Origin: Minisyncoccota bacterium | GTDB taxonomy: Bacteria > Patescibacteriota > Minisyncoccia > Phycocordibacterales > Phycocordibacteraceae | Reading direction: 5' to 3' | NCBI GenBank assembly: GCA_022842945.1 | Contig: JALHOO010000001.1 | Span: 157,830-221,829 of the forward strand | Length of the DNA stretch: 64,000 bases | Part shown: piece after piece, positions 19,481-28,513 of the stretch | Layout: the number at the start of each line of letters is the position of its first letter | How positions within the stretch are numbered: position 1 is the first letter of the stretch | Made by a program: the position numbers and the translations under genes | The notes under the pieces: generated by a model | Told to the model about the DNA's origin: nothing | The model's input: the letters and a program-made list of their open reading frames with translations, nothing else | Database searches by the model: none

Positions 19481-20343
19481 ACTGGTTTCCAGCCAGAGCG
19501 TTCGAGGATATTGAACTCCGTTTCGTTCTTTCCCTCAGGTACAACCAAGGTTGGGATGAATATACCTTGTTCGTAATCGTAGCGGGCAGATCGAATCTTC
19601 ACGCGTATCTTCACATCGTTCTTTTCAACAAAGAAGTACGTCCCGGGAGACTCAGCGTATGCTCGGTACCGGTTCCAGTTCTCGAGAGGATCTCCGTTAA
19701 GGGACAACTCTCCCATCTCTTTCTTGATCTTCTTGGTGTGTGTAGCGAGCGTATGGTCCTGAGGTACAGCTTCAATAGAGCCGTCTTCAAAGGACGGAAG
19801 GATGTCTGTTAGAAGCTCGGCACCAATGCTAACGAGTCGAGGACGCAGTTCCCGCGTTGTCTCGGTTGGCTCTATAGGAACTTCAACACTTGCCAGAACG
19901 TCTCCTGCATCAAGTGCATAGACCATTTGCTGAATGGCTACACCAGTAACGGTCTCTCCGTTTAGGAGTGCTCCTTCAACCGGAGAGGCACCACGGTACT
20001 TTGGGAGAAGAGAGTAATGGATGTTAAGAACGCCAAGGGGAAAGGCATCTATGAGTGCCTGCGGAAGGATCTTTCCGTATGCCACAACAAGGGCGTATTC
20101 AGCTCCATATTCCTTAATCTCTGCAATAAACGCTTCGTCTATCTTCTCTGGTGTAAGAACGGGAAGGGTGTGCTCAAGCGCCCATGCTTTGGTCTCTGAA
20201 GGGGTGAGGGTCATGCCGCGCCCTTTAGGTGCGTCTGGAGAAGACACAACTGCAAGGGGCGTGTAGCCCTGTGCAACAAGATGCGCGAGGGTGTCGCGAG
20301 CAACGTAGGGCGTCCCGAAGAATAGAAACGGTTTATGCGACAT
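19477..20343 (-). CDS. fmt: Methionyl-tRNA formyltransferase
   Basis: N-terminal formyltransferase fold (FFGTP...), an HYSLLPKYRG-like motif, and def-fmt synteny. Confidence 0.85.
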   Translation of the reverse strand: MSHKPFLFFGTPYVARDTLAHLVAQGYTPLAVVSSPDAPKGRGMTLTPSETKAWALEHTLPVLTPEKIDEAFIAEIKEYGAEYALVVAYGKILPQALIDAFPLGVLNIHYSLLPKYRGASPVEGALLNGETVTGVAIQQMVYALDAGDVLASVEVPIEPTETTRELRPRLVSIGAELLTDILPSFEDGSIEAVPQDHTLATHTKKIKKEMGELSLNGDPLENWNRYRAYAESPGTYFFVEKNDVKIRVKIRSARYDYEQGIFIPTLVVPEGKNETEFNILERSGWKPV

Positions 20344-20857
20344 GGTCTGGGGAGTCCTTACGTACTTCGGTGCAGTCGGTTGCGTGGTCTATGAACAGAA
20401 TGCCGTTCAAGTGATCCGTTTCGTGCTGAAATATCTGCGCAAGGAGACCGCCTCCTCCACGCTCGAATAGGGTGCCGTCTACATCTTTGGCACGCACCGT
20501 AGAGCGCTCGTGGCGCATGGTTTTGCCGTATATACCGCGCACCGACAAACACCCTTCGTCCATCTCAACACGTCTGCGGGAACTCTTTACGAATTCAGGA
20601 TTTATGTAGACGCCGACGTCCGCTGGATGCTCTCCCATTGGAGGCGGAGGGATGGTGCGGTCGTAGCGAACAATGAAGATGCGGTAGGGAATACCAATCT
20701 GCGGAGCGGCAAGTGCTACACCGTCCATCTGGCTGTCGAGCGTCTCTTCCATGTCCGTGATGATGTTCTGAAGCTCAGGTGTGCCGAAGAGCCCGTCTGG
20801 TACCGGTTCTGAAATCTTGCGGAGGACGGGCTCTCCGTCTTGAACGATTGTCGACAT
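20333..20857 (-). CDS. def: Peptide deformylase
   Basis: GIGLAAPQ-like, EGCLSV and HETDHLNG motifs. Confidence 0.9.
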   Translation of the reverse strand: MSTIVQDGEPVLRKISEPVPDGLFGTPELQNIITDMEETLDSQMDGVALAAPQIGIPYRIFIVRYDRTIPPPPMGEHPADVGVYINPEFVKSSRRRVEMDEGCLSVRGIYGKTMRHERSTVRAKDVDGTLFERGGGGLLAQIFQHETDHLNGILFIDHATDCTEVRKDSPDHVA

Positions 20858-21068
20858 AGGGGGACTATAGCAAAAAGAAAGGCGCCGGTCCCGAAGTGGG
20901 TGGCGCCATTGGTGTCTAGAACTAAAGAGCTACGGTGCCGGGGACCCTTCCTGAGGGTCGGAAGTCAGGATCCCCGGCACCAGCGCACAGCGGGAGGCGC
21001 TACCCACGTCTCTGGAGGGGAGACAGCGAGTACTATAGTTATAGCAGACTTGACCCGTCTGTCAATGT

Positions 21069-21359
21069 TTAGAAAGGCTTGTCTGGCTGCTTGTGCTTCT
21101 CCGGGTCTATCTCCCACCAGAACTTTTTGCTGAAGTTCTTTGAGCGGCTGCAGACCGTTTTCAGATAGTAGAGGTCGTCAGTGGGGATACCTTCGAGGAT
21201 TTTCCCCATGCGCCCCATGGTGAGCTTCGGAATGCCGTCGTTTGCACGGGAGTGGTTCAGGTGGCGCACAAAGAACCGCATGAGCTCGCCACGCTCAGTC
21301 TTGGTACTGCGTTTCTTTTCTCCAAAGTCCTTCGGCAGAAAATCGCTGATGCTCTTCAT
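21069..21359 (-). CDS. Hypothetical basic protein
   Basis: 96-aa ORF. Confidence 0.4.
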   Translation of the reverse strand: MKSISDFLPKDFGEKKRSTKTERGELMRFFVRHLNHSRANDGIPKLTMGRMGKILEGIPTDDLYYLKTVCSRSKNFSKKFWWEIDPEKHKQPDKPF

Positions 21360-21436
21360 AGGGGCATTGTAGCAATTTCTTCTTATGCAGGCAGACCCAT
21401 GCTCTACGGAGGAACTAGGGGTATACTTTACATACT

Positions 21437-22003
21437 ATGTCTAATCACGTGCGTGGATTTACCCTCATCGAGCTTCTGGTTGTTATCGCTATTATCGGAC
21501 TCCTCTCGAGTATCGTGCTTGCAAGCCTGAGTAGTGCACGAACGAGAGCAAATGATACCCAGAGGGTGGCTGCGGTTAAACAGATTCAGAACGCTCTTGA
21601 AATCTATTACCTCAACAACGGACAGTATCCTGGAGCTGGGCAAGGTATAAGCTCATCCTTCGTAATCGCGCCGCACTCGGGAGTTGCGTGTGGCTATAAC
21701 AATGACTGGTGCACCTTCGAGACCGCTATGGCGTCGTATATAAGTAAGATTCCTCGGGATACCGCAGGCTCGTTTAGTGGTGGAGGGCGCTATGTATATA
21801 AGCGTAATGCGTCGAGACCTGATCTGTATGCCCTTGGCGTAAGTATGGATGGCACTAACAGTGCCGCAGCTAACGATGGAGGAACGCACCAAACGTTATA
21901 TGAAGTAGGACCGCTAGTTGAATACTGCAAGTCTAAGTACTCTGGAAACAATGCACTCTGGTACAACTGGGATGGCGGCAATCTCTGTAACGGAGGGAAC
22001 TAA
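21437..22003 (+). CDS. Type IV pilin (second pilin locus)
   Basis: HVRGFTLIELLVVIAIIGLLSSIVL prepilin motif. Confidence 0.8.
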   Translation: MSNHVRGFTLIELLVVIAIIGLLSSIVLASLSSARTRANDTQRVAAVKQIQNALEIYYLNNGQYPGAGQGISSSFVIAPHSGVACGYNNDWCTFETAMASYISKIPRDTAGSFSGGGRYVYKRNASRPDLYALGVSMDGTNSAAANDGGTHQTLYEVGPLVEYCKSKYSGNNALWYNWDGGNLCNGGN

Positions 22004-23319
22004 GCCTGCTCTATTTTTGCACCAATAGATGTAAGGCGATTAACGAGGTCCTCGTAGCCACGGTTGATGCTGTACACGTTGCGAAGCGTTGAGGTGCCTT
22101 CTGCAGCCAGCATACCTATAAGAAGGATAGTTGCGGGGCGAAGTGCTGGAGGTGCCACAATCTGCGTGCCACGCAGATGAATTGGACCGCGTATCTGGAT
22201 GCGGTGTGGATCCATGAGGACGGTGTCGGCACCTAAGCGATCAAGCTCGGTGTAGTAGATAGCACGCTTTTCATACACCCAGTCATGGATGAGTGTCTCG
22301 CCTTCAGCTTTTGTTGCAATAACCGCAAAGAAAGGAAGGTTGTCTATGTTGAGTCCTGGATACGGACGCGCATGAATCTTCTCGGGGAACGCTATGAGAT
22401 GAGAGGGTTCTATATGGATGTCCGCAAGTTTTGTTATACCGTTCTCGGAAAGAGCATGGTCCGTAACAGTGAACTTCAGATTCATCTTTTCAAGTACCTC
22501 GAGCTCAACCTCAAGAAACTCAATTGGCGCATTGCGGATGGTGAGGGCCGAGCCTGTGGTTGCGGCTGCCGCAATGAAGAACATCGCGTCAATTGGATCC
22601 TCGCCAATAGCGTAGGTGATGTCCTTATTGATACTCGTCACACCCGTTATGGAGAGGGTGGTGGTACCAAGGCCTTCGATAGTAACGCCGAGCTCCTGAA
22701 GGAACCCGCATACTTCCTGTACCTGGTAGTTCGCAGACGCGTACTTAATAACGCTCGTGCCTTCAATACCGGCTGCTGCGAGCATGGCATTGATGGTTGC
22801 GGTGTCGCTCGACTCATAGAGCACAATCTCTGTTGCAGAGAGTCCGTCGTTGGTTATTTGATACCGGTCGGAAAGGGTTTCTATACTGATGCCGAACTTC
22901 TCTAGGGCCCAGAGGTGCGAGCGCACACTGCGTAGACCCAAGGTGCATCCTCCGGACTGCGGCAGGTCAAAGGTTGGGAAGTGATGCACCAACGAGCCAA
23001 TGAACATGAGAATGGAGCGGGTGCGCACCGCGGCCGCTGTATCGATGGTATCGAGAGAAATAGTCTCCGGGGGTGTGATAACGACGTCTTTGTCCTTCCA
23101 CACAACGTCAACGCCAATAGAGCGCAGTACCTCTATAAGGCGATGCACCTCTTCAATCTTTGGAACCTTGCGGAGGGTTGTCGTTCCTTTGTTAAGGAGA
23201 GATGCAGCAAGCATGGCAACCGCACCGTTCTTTGAGGAGTTCGTGGTTATCGAACCCTTGAGCGGGTGCCCGCCCTGAACGACAAAGTTATTCTCTTCGG
23301 TAGCAGACATGGGTCGCAT
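22000..23319 (-). CDS. murA: UDP-N-acetylglucosamine 1-carboxyvinyltransferase
   Basis: Catalytic-Cys loop LPQSGGCTLGLRSV and an EPSP-synthase-like fold. Confidence 0.85.
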   Translation of the reverse strand: MRPMSATEENNFVVQGGHPLKGSITTNSSKNGAVAMLAASLLNKGTTTLRKVPKIEEVHRLIEVLRSIGVDVVWKDKDVVITPPETISLDTIDTAAAVRTRSILMFIGSLVHHFPTFDLPQSGGCTLGLRSVRSHLWALEKFGISIETLSDRYQITNDGLSATEIVLYESSDTATINAMLAAAGIEGTSVIKYASANYQVQEVCGFLQELGVTIEGLGTTTLSITGVTSINKDITYAIGEDPIDAMFFIAAAATTGSALTIRNAPIEFLEVELEVLEKMNLKFTVTDHALSENGITKLADIHIEPSHLIAFPEKIHARPYPGLNIDNLPFFAVIATKAEGETLIHDWVYEKRAIYYTELDRLGADTVLMDPHRIQIRGPIHLRGTQIVAPPALRPATILLIGMLAAEGTSTLRNVYSINRGYEDLVNRLTSIGAKIEQA

Positions 23320-23371
23320 TGTATCAGTACTAGGGGAAAGTTCGATCCCTCAATCTGCGCAATGAGAGATT

Positions 23372-24421
23372 TTGCGCGTCATACAGGAAACAGGGTATGA
23401 TACAGGCCACATGCCCCTCTTCTCTCCTCGCATCGGAATCGACCTCGGCACTACGAACGTTCTGGTATTCGTTCCCGGGAAAGGCGTGGTCCTTAACGAG
23501 CCGTCCGTTGTTGCAGTGTCTACCGAAACCAACAAAGTGCTCGCCATAGGTGTAGAAGCAAAAGCGATGGTGGGGAGAACACCAGACTCCATAACCGCAT
23601 ACCGCCCCATGAAGGACGGTGTTATCGCGGACTACCGCGTAACCGAGGCCATGCTCCGCTACTTCATTCGTAAGGCCGTAGGACGTAACCTGTTCAAGCC
23701 AACCGTACTCATCTCCGTGCCTGCCGGTGTGTCCTCAACCGAGAAGCGTGCCGTTATCGAAGCGGCAGTGAAGGCAGGGGCGTCTGATGCGTACGTGGTT
23801 AAGGAACCTATCCTTGCAGCTATTGGTGCAGGCATTCCTATTCAGGAAGCCATGGGTCGCATGGTGGCGGACATTGGCGGCGGAACTATCGACGTAGCGG
23901 TGATTTCTCTTGGCGGTATTGTTGCCTCAACCTCCGTAAAGGTAGCGGGCAACAAGCTTGATCGTGCCATCATCGACTACGTGAAGAAGCAGTACAACCT
24001 TTCTATAGGAGACAAGACTGCAGAAGAGATAAAGATTCAGGTGGGTTCAGCGGTCCCGGTAACCGAAGAGCTTTCTATGCAGGTAAAAGGTCGGGACCTT
24101 CTTACCGGTCTCCCGCGCACCATAGAGCTCAAAACAAACGAAGTGGTGCAGGCGATGAACCGGGAACTACGCGAGATGATGAACGCGGTACGAAAAGTGC
24201 TCCAAGACACCCCACCAGAACTCGCAAGTGACATCATCGATAACGGCATTATCTTAACCGGAGGCACTAGCCAGCTCCGTCACTTGCCGGAACTCGTATA
24301 CCGCCGCACCGGTGTCCAGGCAAAGCTGGCAGACGACGCGTATTTCTGTGTAGTTAGAGGAACGGGTATCGCGCTTAAGCATCTTGATACGTACAAGAAG
24401 AGCATCATTTCTAAAAAGTAG
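23372..24421 (+). CDS. MreB-like actin homologue (extra paralogue)
   Basis: IGIDLGTTN, DIGGGT and LTGGTS actin-fold motifs. Confidence 0.8.
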   Translation: MRVIQETGYDTGHMPLFSPRIGIDLGTTNVLVFVPGKGVVLNEPSVVAVSTETNKVLAIGVEAKAMVGRTPDSITAYRPMKDGVIADYRVTEAMLRYFIRKAVGRNLFKPTVLISVPAGVSSTEKRAVIEAAVKAGASDAYVVKEPILAAIGAGIPIQEAMGRMVADIGGGTIDVAVISLGGIVASTSVKVAGNKLDRAIIDYVKKQYNLSIGDKTAEEIKIQVGSAVPVTEELSMQVKGRDLLTGLPRTIELKTNEVVQAMNRELREMMNAVRKVLQDTPPELASDIIDNGIILTGGTSQLRHLPELVYRRTGVQAKLADDAYFCVVRGTGIALKHLDTYKKSIISKK

Positions 24422-24437
24422 CGTAGAGAAAATAGAA

Positions 24438-24475
24438 ACAGCCCCGAGCAACGTGCTCGGGGCTGTCCTCGTTTA
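24438..24475. terminator. Bidirectional terminator
   Basis: acagccccgagca-acg-tgctcggggctgt. Confidence 0.65.
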
Positions 24476-24907
24476 GAACGAGTAGTACAGACGCACACCG
24501 TACACGGGCTCGGTACGAAGAGTCGGAAGACCGTTCAGGCGAAGCTTCGAACGATCGACGCCGCCGGTGATGGAGAACCGATCATTGAGAGTGTAGGTGA
24601 GACCCACGCCCTCGTCGCGAACACCGATGGTTTCAAACGGACGATACGTTTCGCCGCGCGTCCGGAGATACCAGCCGTTTCCGGCTTGAAGCATCGGACG
24701 CCCCCGCTCGTCAAACGAGAGAGCCTGAATCTTCTGGAAGTCGCGTGCAGGCCAGATGTGCGGGTAGTCGAATGCTGGACGGAAGTCCGCATGGCGCGGA
24801 CCGTAGGTCTGCTCCGTGTACGGATCGTCCATGGGAGTTTGCGCATGTGCGTCACTCGCAAGAGCGAGCAGCGCAATAGCAAGGATGGAAAGGACAGAGG
24901 CACGCAT
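24473..24907 (-). CDS. Secreted protein with OMP-like C-terminal beta-signature
   Basis: A signal peptide (ALLALASDAHA), alternating hydrophobic beta-strand patterning, and a C-terminal YGVRLYYSF ending in Phe. Confidence 0.45.
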   Translation of the reverse strand: MRASVLSILAIALLALASDAHAQTPMDDPYTEQTYGPRHADFRPAFDYPHIWPARDFQKIQALSFDERGRPMLQAGNGWYLRTRGETYRPFETIGVRDEGVGLTYTLNDRFSITGGVDRSKLRLNGLPTLRTEPVYGVRLYYSF

Positions 24908-24986
24908 GGGAATTCCTTTCGTGACTGGACTTCCTTTATGAGACTCCTGGGACGGGTTCTCGTCAAGGAAACAAAGTGCGTAAATG

Positions 24987-25019
24987 AAAAGAGCCCCGCA
25001 AGATAGTGGGGCTCTTTTC
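24987..25019. terminator. Bidirectional terminator
   Basis: aaaagagcccc...ggggctctttt. Confidence 0.6.
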
Positions 25020-25032
25020 GTACCGTTCCTCC

Positions 25033-25500
25033 TTAGTTCACTCTCGTAAACTCAAGCGATCCGTTCCCAAAGAGATAGATCATCGAGAGATCGTTCTCAG
25101 AGAGTTCCGTAATAGCGAAGTACATAACCTCCTCGGCAAACTGAATCTTGATAACCCGTGCATCTTTCACAACCGGGAGTGTTGGTTGTTCTTCAGCTGG
25201 GTTTTCAACAAAGTTCCATGAGCCTCTAATGGTTGCAGTGTCGTCACCCTCATAGCTATCAACGACGGTACCGTCTGCACTGAACGCACGAACAAAGCGA
25301 GCGTCATCTTTGCTTTGCCAGGTGCCTGAGAGCTCGAATGCTGCTTGCTCGTTTGGAGCGGCAACACCGTTCACGCTCTCGCTTGGACTAAGTACATCTT
25401 TGGTTTCTTGCGGCATCATCATGGCCCAGTACCACCAGCCAACAACCGCGAGCGCTACTACTACCGCAATCCCTATAGCCACGTTCTTGTTCATACGCAT
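25033..25500 (-). CDS. Membrane-anchored hypothetical protein
   Basis: N-terminal TM then a soluble domain; 155 aa. Confidence 0.45.
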   Translation of the reverse strand: MRMNKNVAIGIAVVVALAVVGWWYWAMMMPQETKDVLSPSESVNGVAAPNEQAAFELSGTWQSKDDARFVRAFSADGTVVDSYEGDDTATIRGSWNFVENPAEEQPTLPVVKDARVIKIQFAEEVMYFAITELSENDLSMIYLFGNGSLEFTRVN

Positions 25501-25552
25501 CCGTTGGATTAGCTCCTATGGAGAAAGTCTAGCATCGAGCTAGAATGCATAT

Positions 25553-26251
25553 ATGAAGCACCATGCGTACGTGTATGTAGGCGAGCGGGAGACCGGTCTC
25601 TTAGAGGTGAGGGCCTTTGCGAAGAAGACCCTCGGACTTTCCGGCATGGATAACCCAGATATTGCGGTATTTGAGTATAGTCTCTTCTCGGTGGACGATG
25701 CACGCAGAGTAACCGCCTTTTCCGCACAGTCTTCGGTGTCAGGCGGAACTCGCCTCATTGCTATTGCTGTTGGTCGCATCTTCCATGAAGCACAGAACGC
25801 ACTCTTAAAACTCTTCGAAGAGCCGAACGAGGGAACCGTCCTTGTACTCATCATTCCGGCTGAAGGACTTCTTCTGCCAACACTCCGTTCGCGACTAGTA
25901 CCTCTGCCTTCAGAGCATGCGGTTGAAGTGTTGTCTGAAGACGCGCGTGCGTTCCTTGAAGCAAGTAAGACTGAGCGCGAGAAGCTTGTTACGAAACTCG
26001 TAGCTCGCTCAAAGTCTGACAAAGAAGTAGAGAAACAGGCAGCACGTCTTGCTGCCGTTGATTTGGTGTATGGCATCACGCGCGCAGCATACGCCAAGCG
26101 TAGAGGTTGTGAGGGGAAGGAGGCACAGGAGCTCGACGCGCTCCTTGACGACCTTTCTCGTTTTGCCCCCATTCTTCATGAACGCTCGGCACCCTTGAAG
26201 CTTATCTTCGAACATCTGCTCCTCGTACTCCCGGCAAGTCTCTCGAAGTGA
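25553..26251 (+). CDS. holB: DNA polymerase III delta-prime-like clamp-loader subunit (short, no P-loop)
   Basis: LLKLFEEP and TLRSRL (sensor-1 SRC-like) motifs. Confidence 0.6.
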   Translation: MKHHAYVYVGERETGLLEVRAFAKKTLGLSGMDNPDIAVFEYSLFSVDDARRVTAFSAQSSVSGGTRLIAIAVGRIFHEAQNALLKLFEEPNEGTVLVLIIPAEGLLLPTLRSRLVPLPSEHAVEVLSEDARAFLEASKTEREKLVTKLVARSKSDKEVEKQAARLAAVDLVYGITRAAYAKRRGCEGKEAQELDALLDDLSRFAPILHERSAPLKLIFEHLLLVLPASLSK

Positions 26252-26266
26252 TACACTGGCCGGTAT

Positions 26267-26821
26267 ATGGCGTCATTTGATTTCAAGAACCTAGATACAA
26301 GCATTAAGGAGACAGAGGAGTGGCTCGTCCGCGAGCTCTCAAGCGTGCGCACCGGACGCGCAACGCCCGCAATCCTCGACACGATTAAGCCTGAGGTGTA
26401 TGGCACCCGCACCCCTATTAATCAGGTTGCGGCCGTGAATATTGAGGACGCACGTACGCTCCGTATTGTGCCGTGGGACAAGTCGCTTACGAAAGTTATT
26501 GAAGGAGCTATTCAGAACGCAGACCTTGGAGTCGGTGTTGGTTCAGATGATCAGGGTCTCCGCGTGACCTTCCCCGAACTCACCGCAGAGCGCCGCACCA
26601 TGCTTCTAAAGGTCGCAAACGAAAAGCTCGAAACCGCACGTATCACGCTTCGTGGACACCGCACTGACGCGATTAAGGCACTTGAAGCGGCCGAGAAAGA
26701 GGGTGGTATGGGCAAGGATGAGCTCGCACGCTTTAAGGATGAGGTACAAAAGAAAATTGATGCTGCTAACGATGCGCTCTCTGCGCTCGGCAAGAAGAAG
26801 GAAGTAGAAGTCTCTGCATAA
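26267..26821 (+). CDS. frr: Ribosome recycling factor
   Basis: 184 aa; VRTGRATPAILD and the C-terminal coiled coil typical of RRF. Confidence 0.85.
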   Translation: MASFDFKNLDTSIKETEEWLVRELSSVRTGRATPAILDTIKPEVYGTRTPINQVAAVNIEDARTLRIVPWDKSLTKVIEGAIQNADLGVGVGSDDQGLRVTFPELTAERRTMLLKVANEKLETARITLRGHRTDAIKALEAAEKEGGMGKDELARFKDEVQKKIDAANDALSALGKKKEVEVSA

Positions 26822-26824
26822 CCC

Positions 26825-27922
26825 ATGACTATTCTCATCTTCATTCTCGTCCTTATAGCTCTAATTGTGGTGCATGAGTTCGGGCATTTCCTTGTAGCGA
26901 AATGGTCCGGGATGCGTGTAGACGAGTTTGGGCTTGGGTACCCGCCTAAGGCGTGGGGAAAGAAGATTGGAGAGACCGAGTACACCCTCAACTGGCTGCC
27001 GTTTGGCGGCTTCGTGAAGATATTTGGTGAGGACCCGGAGAAAGGAGAGGAGTATGCGCCACGCTCGTTTGGTTCAAAGCCAAAGAGTCTTCAGGCGCTC
27101 GTGCTTATCGCAGGTATCGCTATGAACCTCTTCTTTGCGTATGTGCTTATTACCGCAACGTTGTTCATGGGTACCACTCGCGCCCTTACGAATGAAGAGG
27201 CGCTCACGGCTCCTGACGCAGAGCTCGCTATTGCGTCGGTGCTTCCTGGGTCTCCGGCTGCGCGCGCAGGACTCATCCCTGGCGAGTTCATAGCAAAGAC
27301 CGAGTCAGTAGGAGGGGTGTACGAAGGCGCAAACCCTGAAGGCTTCATGGCGCTTGTGGGTGAGAACGAGGCGGGCATTCCGGTGTCTCTTACTATTGAG
27401 AACGAAGTGGGAATCCGCACGGTTACCGTTACGCCCGAGACAAACGTCATTGCGGGAGATCCAGAGCGTGTCGCTCTTGGTATCGGACTTTCAGCGGTGG
27501 GGACCGTTGCATTGCCGTGGTACCAAGCACCTATTGATGGCGCGCTTATAACCTGGGAGCTCACTCGTCAGACGGCTATAGCGCTCGTTGGCTTCTTTGG
27601 AAGCGTGTTTACGCTTTCTGCTGACTTGTCTCAGGTAGCGGGACCCGTGGGTATTGCAGGAGCGGTAGGGGATGCTTCAAGCAATGGCTTTGCGTCACTC
27701 ATGACCATAACCGCACTCATCTCCATAAACCTCGCACTCATTAACCTTCTCCCGATTCCAGCCCTTGATGGCGGACGACTCCTCTTCGTTATTATTGAAG
27801 CGATAATCCGGAAACCCATAAAGCCAGAATTTGCGAACGCCGTGAATGGTATCGGGTTCTTCTTCTTGATTGGACTCATGCTTGTTATTACGGCGAGCGA
27901 TATCTTTAAGATCTTCGCGTAG
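26825..27922 (+). CDS. rseP: RIP metalloprotease RseP (site-2 protease) with PDZ
   Basis: HEFGHFLVAKW (HExxH) and the LINLLPIPALDGGRL motif. Confidence 0.85.
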   Translation: MTILIFILVLIALIVVHEFGHFLVAKWSGMRVDEFGLGYPPKAWGKKIGETEYTLNWLPFGGFVKIFGEDPEKGEEYAPRSFGSKPKSLQALVLIAGIAMNLFFAYVLITATLFMGTTRALTNEEALTAPDAELAIASVLPGSPAARAGLIPGEFIAKTESVGGVYEGANPEGFMALVGENEAGIPVSLTIENEVGIRTVTVTPETNVIAGDPERVALGIGLSAVGTVALPWYQAPIDGALITWELTRQTAIALVGFFGSVFTLSADLSQVAGPVGIAGAVGDASSNGFASLMTITALISINLALINLLPIPALDGGRLLFVIIEAIIRKPIKPEFANAVNGIGFFFLIGLMLVITASDIFKIFA

Positions 27923-27936
27923 CGTTGCAAATGTTT

Positions 27937-27971
27937 AAGCGCCGCCTGCACGGGTGCAGGCGGCGCTTTTT
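27937..27971. terminator. Strong intrinsic terminator after rseP
   Basis: aagcgccgcctgca-cggg-tgcaggcggcgcttttt. Confidence 0.7.
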
Positions 27972-28378
27972 CAATTGCTTTTCGTGTCGTACCGGAACGT
28001 GTGTCCAGGAGTCGCCCACCACGCAACCAGCATGACGTTTGTTGGTATAGCTGAGGACGCGAACTGTTCGTTTGCGATGTGCTCGATGCCCACGCCAAGT
28101 ACGGTTGCCATTCGCTCCATAACTGTTTGCGGCACCTCGAAGAGAAACTGAAGATCGATCTGGGCGAATGCGGAATCTCCCATGTAGGCTTCCGTGACCG
28201 CCACCATAACCTCTGGCGACTGGTGGAGTGCGTTCAGTTCAAGATCGTTCGTAACGAGCGTCTCGGTCGTGGACGTTACCCAGTCGTGGAGGAGTATTAC
28301 CATCTCCTTGAGGCTGCATGCTCCAGTCTTCACGGGCACTGCGGCACGTCTGTTCAGCGTAATGAGCACATTAATCAT
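27971..28378 (-). CDS. Hypothetical protein
   Basis: 135-aa ORF convergent with rseP. Confidence 0.4.
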   Translation of the reverse strand: MINVLITLNRRAAVPVKTGACSLKEMVILLHDWVTSTTETLVTNDLELNALHQSPEVMVAVTEAYMGDSAFAQIDLQFLFEVPQTVMERMATVLGVGIEHIANEQFASSAIPTNVMLVAWWATPGHTFRYDTKSN

Positions 28379-28513
28379 CTGTTCTTCTCCAGGGACGATA
28401 TGTCTGAAAGCATTTAGACATTACTGTGGCTTTTTGTCCAATGGTGCCCTTGTCTGGAATTGCACTTCAGTAATTTTGCGGTGTGTGAAGGAGGAACGTA
28501 TACTAGAACAATC

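Noticed and set aside
20858-21068. Assignment of the hairpin-rich spacer as SRP (4.5S) RNA.
   Set aside because: There is only a weak resemblance to the GGAAG/AGCA domain IV motif. It cannot be confirmed without a covariance-model search, so it is kept only as a generic ncRNA candidate.
25540-26172. 210-aa minus-strand ORF.
   Set aside because: Antisense to the holB-like gene. No motif, and Ser/Arg/Ala-rich.
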